Made by a program: the position numbers and the translations under genes. Shown here in pieces: positions 38,432-42,979 of a stretch of 42,979 nucleotides of DNA. Positions within the stretch are counted from its first letter, which is position 1. Every line of letters begins with the position of its first letter. The stretch spans positions 1 to 42,979 of the forward strand of contig CAZSWE010000001.1 of NCBI GenBank assembly GCA_964610715.1, written 5' to 3'. Below the pieces are notes generated by a model. That model ran no database searches. It had not been told where the DNA came from and worked only from the letters and a program-made list of their open reading frames with translations. The stretch comes from an uncultured Candidatus Planktophila sp. Its GTDB lineage: Bacteria; Actinomycetota; Actinomycetes; Nanopelagicales; Nanopelagicaceae.

Positions 38432-41400
38432 ATGGCACTCTCTTCAAACTATCCCGCACGCCAGGGTCTCTACGATCCGGCAAACGAGCATGATGCATGC
38501 GGCGTTGCGATGGTTGCCACCCTAAATAAAGTTGCAACACATGACATTGTTGAGAAGGCGCTGACTGCACTTCGCAATCTTGAACACCGCGGCGCATCAG
38601 GCGCTGAACCAGATAGCGGAGATGGCGCAGGAATTCTTATCCGCGTACCTGCCGCTTTCTATAAGGCAGTTACAGAATTCTCTCTTCCCGCAGAAGGTTC
38701 ATATGCAACTGGTATTGCATTTGTCGCACAGGGCGCAGATGTTCAGAGCGAGATTGCAAAGATTGCAGCAGAAGAAGGCCTCACAGTTCTAGGTTGGCGC
38801 GAACTTCCCATCAACTCATCATCTCTTGGCAAGACAGCGCTATCAGTGATGCCAAAGTTTGAACAACTCTTCGTTGCTGGCAAGAAGAACGAATCAGGGC
38901 TAGCACTTGACCGCTTAGCTTTCGCACTTCGTAAGAGGGCAGAACACACTCTTGATCTCTACTTCGCATCACTTTCTTCGCAGACAATTGTTTACAAAGG
39001 CATGCTCACAACCGGGCAGCTAGAAGAGTTCTTCCCTGACCTCAGCGATGAAAGAGTGGTCTCACCACTTGCGCTTGTTCACTCACGTTTTTCAACAAAT
39101 ACCTTCCCGTCATGGCCACTGGCGCACCCATATCGCTTTATCGCTCACAACGGTGAAATCAATACCGTTAAGGGAAACCGTAACTGGATGCGCGCACGCG
39201 AATCTCTCCTTGCCAGTGATCTCATCGGGGGAGACCTCAAGCGCCTCTTCCCAATCGTTGAAATGTCAGGCTCTGACTCTGCCTCCTTTGATGAAGTCCT
39301 TGAACTTCTCTACTTAGGTGGACGTTCACTTCCACATTCAGTTTTGATGATGATTCCTGAAGCATGGGAGAACCATGCGACGATGCCACAGAAGCGTCGC
39401 GATTTCTATGCATTCCATGCATCCCTAATGGAACCGTGGGATGGACCAGCGTGTGTGACATTTACCGATGGCCACCAAGTAGGTGCAGTGCTCGATCGCA
39501 ACGGTCTTCGTCCATCACGTTTCTGGGTTACCGATGACGGTCTCGTTGTACTTGCTTCCGAAGTTGGCGTATTAGATTTCCCAGCAGAGAAGATTGTGCG
39601 CAAGGGTCGCCTGCAACCAGGCAAGATGTTCCTTGTTGATATTGAAGCAGGTCGCATCATTGAAGATGATGAGATTAAAGATTCACTCGCAGATGCAGCC
39701 CCTTATGGACAGTGGCTTAAAGATGGAATGATCAAACTCTCTGATCTTCCTTCACGCGAGCACATTATCTATCCTCACAAATCAGTTATTCGTCGCCAGA
39801 AGGCCTTTGGATATACCGAAGAAGAAATCAAAATCATTATTACCCCGATGGCAAAAAGTGGCGGCGAAGCCCTTGGTTCGATGGGAACAGATACTCCAAT
39901 CGCAGCGCTTTCACAGAAGCCCAGACTTCTCTTTGATTACTTCACGCAGCTCTTTGCTCAAGTTACCAACCCGCCGCTAGATGCTATCCGCGAAGAGTTG
40001 GTAACGAGCTTGGGTGGCTCTCTTGGCCCAGAACATAACTTGCTCGATCCGGGCCCAGAGTCATGTAAGCAAATCTCATTGGCATTTCCTGTCATCGATA
40101 ACGATGAGCTTGCCAAGATTATTCACGTCAACGCCGATGATGATTACCCAGGTCTTGAGGCCTACGTTGTCCGCGGCCTCTTTCCTGTAACAGGAGATGG
40201 AAATACTCTTCGCATTCGCTTAGAAGAAATTAAGCGCGAAGTCTCAGATGCAATCGCAAAAGGCGCGCGCATCATCGTGCTCTCTGATCGAGATGGCGAT
40301 GCCGAAGATTGCCCGATTCCATCACTATTGCTGACAGCGGCTGTTCATCACCACTTAATCCGCGAAAAGACACGTACGAAGGTGGGGCTAGTTGTTGAAG
40401 CTGGCGATGTTCGTGAAGTGCACCATGTCGCGCTCTTGATTGGCTACGGAGCTGCAGCGGTAAATCCATATTTGGTTATGGAGACAGCAGAAGATCTCGT
40501 TAATCAAGGCGTCATCACTGGTATCACTCCTGAAAAGGCAGTTCGTAATGTTATTAAGGGCCTTGGCAAGGGCGTTCTTAAGGTGATGTCCAAGATGGGT
40601 ATTTCAACTATCGCCTCCTATACCGGTGCGCAGGTATTTGAAGCGATTGGTTTAGCCCAAGATGTTGTCGATGAATTCTTCGTCGGAACAACTTCACGCC
40701 TTGGGGGAGTCAACCTTGATGTCATCGCCGAAGAAACCATTAAACGCCATCATTTTGCCTACCCAGTAGGTGGAGAAATTCCTGGAGCAAAGCGTCTAGC
40801 TGTTGGTGGCGAATACCAATGGCGTCGCGATGGTGAACCACATCTATTTAACCCTGAGACTGTCTTCGCTTTGCAGCACTCAACGCGCAATAAGCGTTAT
40901 GACATTTTTAAGCGCTACACATCCAAGGTTAATGATCAGAGCAAATCTTTGATGACCTTGCGCGGACTCTTCCAGTTTAAGGAGGGCGAACGCGCTCCAA
41001 TCTCCATTGATGAAGTTGAGCCAATCTCTGAAATTGTGAAGCGCTTCTCAACAGGTGCGATGTCATACGGTTCAGTTTCACAAGAAGTCCATGAAACGCT
41101 GGCGATTGCCATGAACCGCTTGGGTGGCAAATCAAATACCGGTGAAGGTGGCGAAGATGAAGTTCGCTACACCCTGATGCCTAATGGAGATTCTAAAAAA
41201 TCTGCCATCAAGCAGGTTGCTTCAGGTCGCTTTGGCGTAACAAGCAATTACCTCATCAACGCGACTGATATTCAGATCAAGATTGCACAAGGCGCAAAGC
41301 CGGGTGAAGGCGGACAGCTTCCTGGAAATAAGGTCTATCCGTGGATCGCTAAGGCGCGCTTTTCAACTCCTGGCGTTGGACTCATTTCGCCACCGCCTCA

Positions 41401-42949
41401 TCACGATATTTACTCAATCGAAGATTTAGCTCAGTTGATCCATGACTTGAAGAATGCCAATAAGAACGCCCGCGTGCATGTGAAGTTGGTAGCTGAAGTT
41501 GGCGTCGGAACAGTTGCTGCTGGTGTTTCTAAGGCACACGCCGATGTTGTTCTGATTTCAGGACACGATGGTGGAACTGGTGCATCACCGCTGACTTCAC
41601 TAAAGCACGCAGGAGCGCCTTGGGAGCTCGGTCTTGCTGAAACTCAGCAGACTCTTCTGCTCAACGGACTACGCGATCGCATCGTTGTTCAAGCAGATGG
41701 TCAATTAAAGACTGGGCGCGATGTTGTTATTGCAGCTCTGCTTGGCGCCGAAGAGTACGGATTTGCAACCGCTCCACTTGTGGTCTCTGGCTGCATCATG
41801 ATGCGCGTCTGTCACTTGGATACCTGCCCAGTTGGCGTTGCTACACAGAACCCAGAGCTTCGTAAGAAGTTCACCGGAAAGCCAGAGTTTGTTGAGACCT
41901 TCTTTGAATATATCGCTGAAGAAGTTCGCGAAATCTTGGCCTCCCTTGGCTTCCGCACCCTGCTTGAAGCAGTTGGACATGTTGAATACCTGGATACCAA
42001 AGATGCAGTTGATCATTGGAAAGCCAGCGGCTTAGATCTTTCACCTCTTCTTGTTCGTCCTGATGTGGACTCACCACTTCATCAGACCACGATTCAAGAT
42101 CATGGCTTAGCTGCAGCTCTTGATAACACCTTGATTGATTTAGCGAAGGCGGCGCTCGATAAGAAGGAGTCCGTCCGTATCGATCTTCCTGTGCGAAACG
42201 TTAATCGCACAGTCGGAACGATGTTGGGCGCTGAAATCACTCGTCGCTACGGTGCAGAAGGATTACCTGTCGGCACCATCGATGTCACTTTGCATGGCTC
42301 TGCCGGACAATCACTCGGCGCTTTTATCCCACAAGGTTTGACTCTGCGCCTCTATGGTGACTCCAACGATTACGTTGGTAAGGGAATATCTGGTGGACGT
42401 GTAATTGTCCGCCCAGATGAGAAGGCAACCTTCCCATCAACGAAGAATGTCATCGCCGGAAACGTCATCGGTTACGGTGCAACTTCAGGAGAAATCTTTA
42501 TTCGCGGCTTAGTTGGAGAACGTTTCTGCGTTCGTAACTCTGGAGCAACTGCAGTTGTCGAAGGTGTGGGTGACCACGCACTCGAATACATGACTGGCGG
42601 AACTGCAGTCATTCTCGGCCCAACTGGTCGCAATATCGCAGCAGGAATGTCTGGTGGTCGCGCATTTGTTCTCGATCTCGATACAGCGATCGTCAACACT
42701 GAAATGGTTGATGTTCTTGCTGTCCCTGCAGATCAGCGCGAAGGCCTTCGCGCAATAGTTTCAAGCTTCCATGTTGAAACTGGATCAGAAATTGCAGCGA
42801 ACCTATTGAAGAACTGGGATACCGAGGTAGCTCGCTTCTCACTCATCATGCCGCGCGACTATGCCCGTGTTCTAGCAGCAATTGAAAAGGCGAACCGCGA
42901 AGGTCTGCCGGTAGATGAATATGTAATGGAGGTTGTAGCAAATGGCTGA
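38432..42949 (+). CDS. gltB: Glutamate synthase large subunit
   Basis: EHDA/CG amidotransferase start, [24 protein letters not shown] and the [12 protein letters not shown] 3Fe-4S motif. Confidence 0.99.
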   Translation: MALSSNYPARQGLYDPANEHDACGVAMVATLNKVATHDIVEKALTALRNLEHRGASGAEPDSGDGAGILIRVPAAFYKAVTEFSLPAEGSYATGIAFVAQGADVQSEIAKIAAEEGLTVLGWRELPINSSSLGKTALSVMPKFEQLFVAGKKNESGLALDRLAFALRKRAEHTLDLYFASLSSQTIVYKGMLTTGQLEEFFPDLSDERVVSPLALVHSRFSTNTFPSWPLAHPYRFIAHNGEINTVKGNRNWMRARESLLASDLIGGDLKRLFPIVEMSGSDSASFDEVLELLYLGGRSLPHSVLMMIPEAWENHATMPQKRRDFYAFHASLMEPWDGPACVTFTDGHQVGAVLDRNGLRPSRFWVTDDGLVVLASEVGVLDFPAEKIVRKGRLQPGKMFLVDIEAGRIIEDDEIKDSLADAAPYGQWLKDGMIKLSDLPSREHIIYPHKSVIRRQKAFGYTEEEIKIIITPMAKSGGEALGSMGTDTPIAALSQKPRLLFDYFTQLFAQVTNPPLDAIREELVTSLGGSLGPEHNLLDPGPESCKQISLAFPVIDNDELAKIIHVNADDDYPGLEAYVVRGLFPVTGDGNTLRIRLEEIKREVSDAIAKGARIIVLSDRDGDAEDCPIPSLLLTAAVHHHLIREKTRTKVGLVVEAGDVREVHHVALLIGYGAAAVNPYLVMETAEDLVNQGVITGITPEKAVRNVIKGLGKGVLKVMSKMGISTIASYTGAQVFEAIGLAQDVVDEFFVGTTSRLGGVNLDVIAEETIKRHHFAYPVGGEIPGAKRLAVGGEYQWRRDGEPHLFNPETVFALQHSTRNKRYDIFKRYTSKVNDQSKSLMTLRGLFQFKEGERAPISIDEVEPISEIVKRFSTGAMSYGSVSQEVHETLAIAMNRLGGKSNTGEGGEDEVRYTLMPNGDSKKSAIKQVASGRFGVTSNYLINATDIQIKIAQGAKPGEGGQLPGNKVYPWIAKARFSTPGVGLISPPPHHDIYSIEDLAQLIHDLKNANKNARVHVKLVAEVGVGTVAAGVSKAHADVVLISGHDGGTGASPLTSLKHAGAPWELGLAETQQTLLLNGLRDRIVVQADGQLKTGRDVVIAALLGAEEYGFATAPLVVSGCIMMRVCHLDTCPVGVATQNPELRKKFTGKPEFVETFFEYIAEEVREILASLGFRTLLEAVGHVEYLDTKDAVDHWKASGLDLSPLLVRPDVDSPLHQTTIQDHGLAAALDNTLIDLAKAALDKKESVRIDLPVRNVNRTVGTMLGAEITRRYGAEGLPVGTIDVTLHGSAGQSLGAFIPQGLTLRLYGDSNDYVGKGISGGRVIVRPDEKATFPSTKNVIAGNVIGYGATSGEIFIRGLVGERFCVRNSGATAVVEGVGDHALEYMTGGTAVILGPTGRNIAAGMSGGRAFVLDLDTAIVNTEMVDVLAVPADQREGLRAIVSSFHVETGSEIAANLLKNWDTEVARFSLIMPRDYARVLAAIEKANREGLPVDEYVMEVVANG

Positions 42950-42979
42950 TCCAAAAGGATTTATGACCACACCGCGCGA
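42942..42979 (+). CDS. gltD: Glutamate synthase small subunit, 5' end (runs off window)
   Basis: ATG42942 gives [12 protein letters not shown], the typical actinobacterial GltD N-terminus; overlaps the gltB stop; SD GGAGG upstream. Confidence 0.9.
   Translation, partial: MADPKGFMTTPR

Noticed and set aside
1..42979. Mobile elements, tRNA/rRNA genes, defence or prophage islands
   Set aside because: Nearly all sequence is accounted for by housekeeping CDSs; no transposase, integrase, cloverleaf or obvious compositional shift seen by eye.

Overview
Compact core-genome region of an actinobacterium with roughly balanced GC (judged by eye). Intergenic gaps are very short, many start and stop codons overlap, and several genes look leaderless. 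This fits a streamlined freshwater acI/Nanopelagicales-type genome (inference). Gene order: dcw cluster (mraZ 3' end, rsmH, ftsL, ftsI, murE, murF, mraY, murD, ftsW, murG, murC, ftsQ, ftsZ, pgeF, yggS, sepF, yggT), a convergent type-2 ileS under a translational T-box, a histone-like/DksA fusion gene, lspA, rluD, dnaE, hisDCBH-priA-hisF-hisI, trpE, an unannotated 51-aa membrane peptide, trpCBA, MauE/DoxX, DsbA, lgt, a VIT1/CCC1 transporter, gltB and the start of gltD. I found no mobile element, CRISPR array, prophage or defence system, and nothing supports a large novel system. The best leads are: divIVA missing from its usual slot; a minimised Trp-operon membrane protein missed by the ORF track; a non-canonical GTHH motif in IleRS; an mraW-type RNA able to pair with the rsmH RBS; a terminator-like hairpin inside pgeF right after ftsZ; an RBS-sequestering hairpin before gltB; a 13-bp direct repeat in the ileS/dksA divergent promoter; and -10 boxes built from upstream stop codons.
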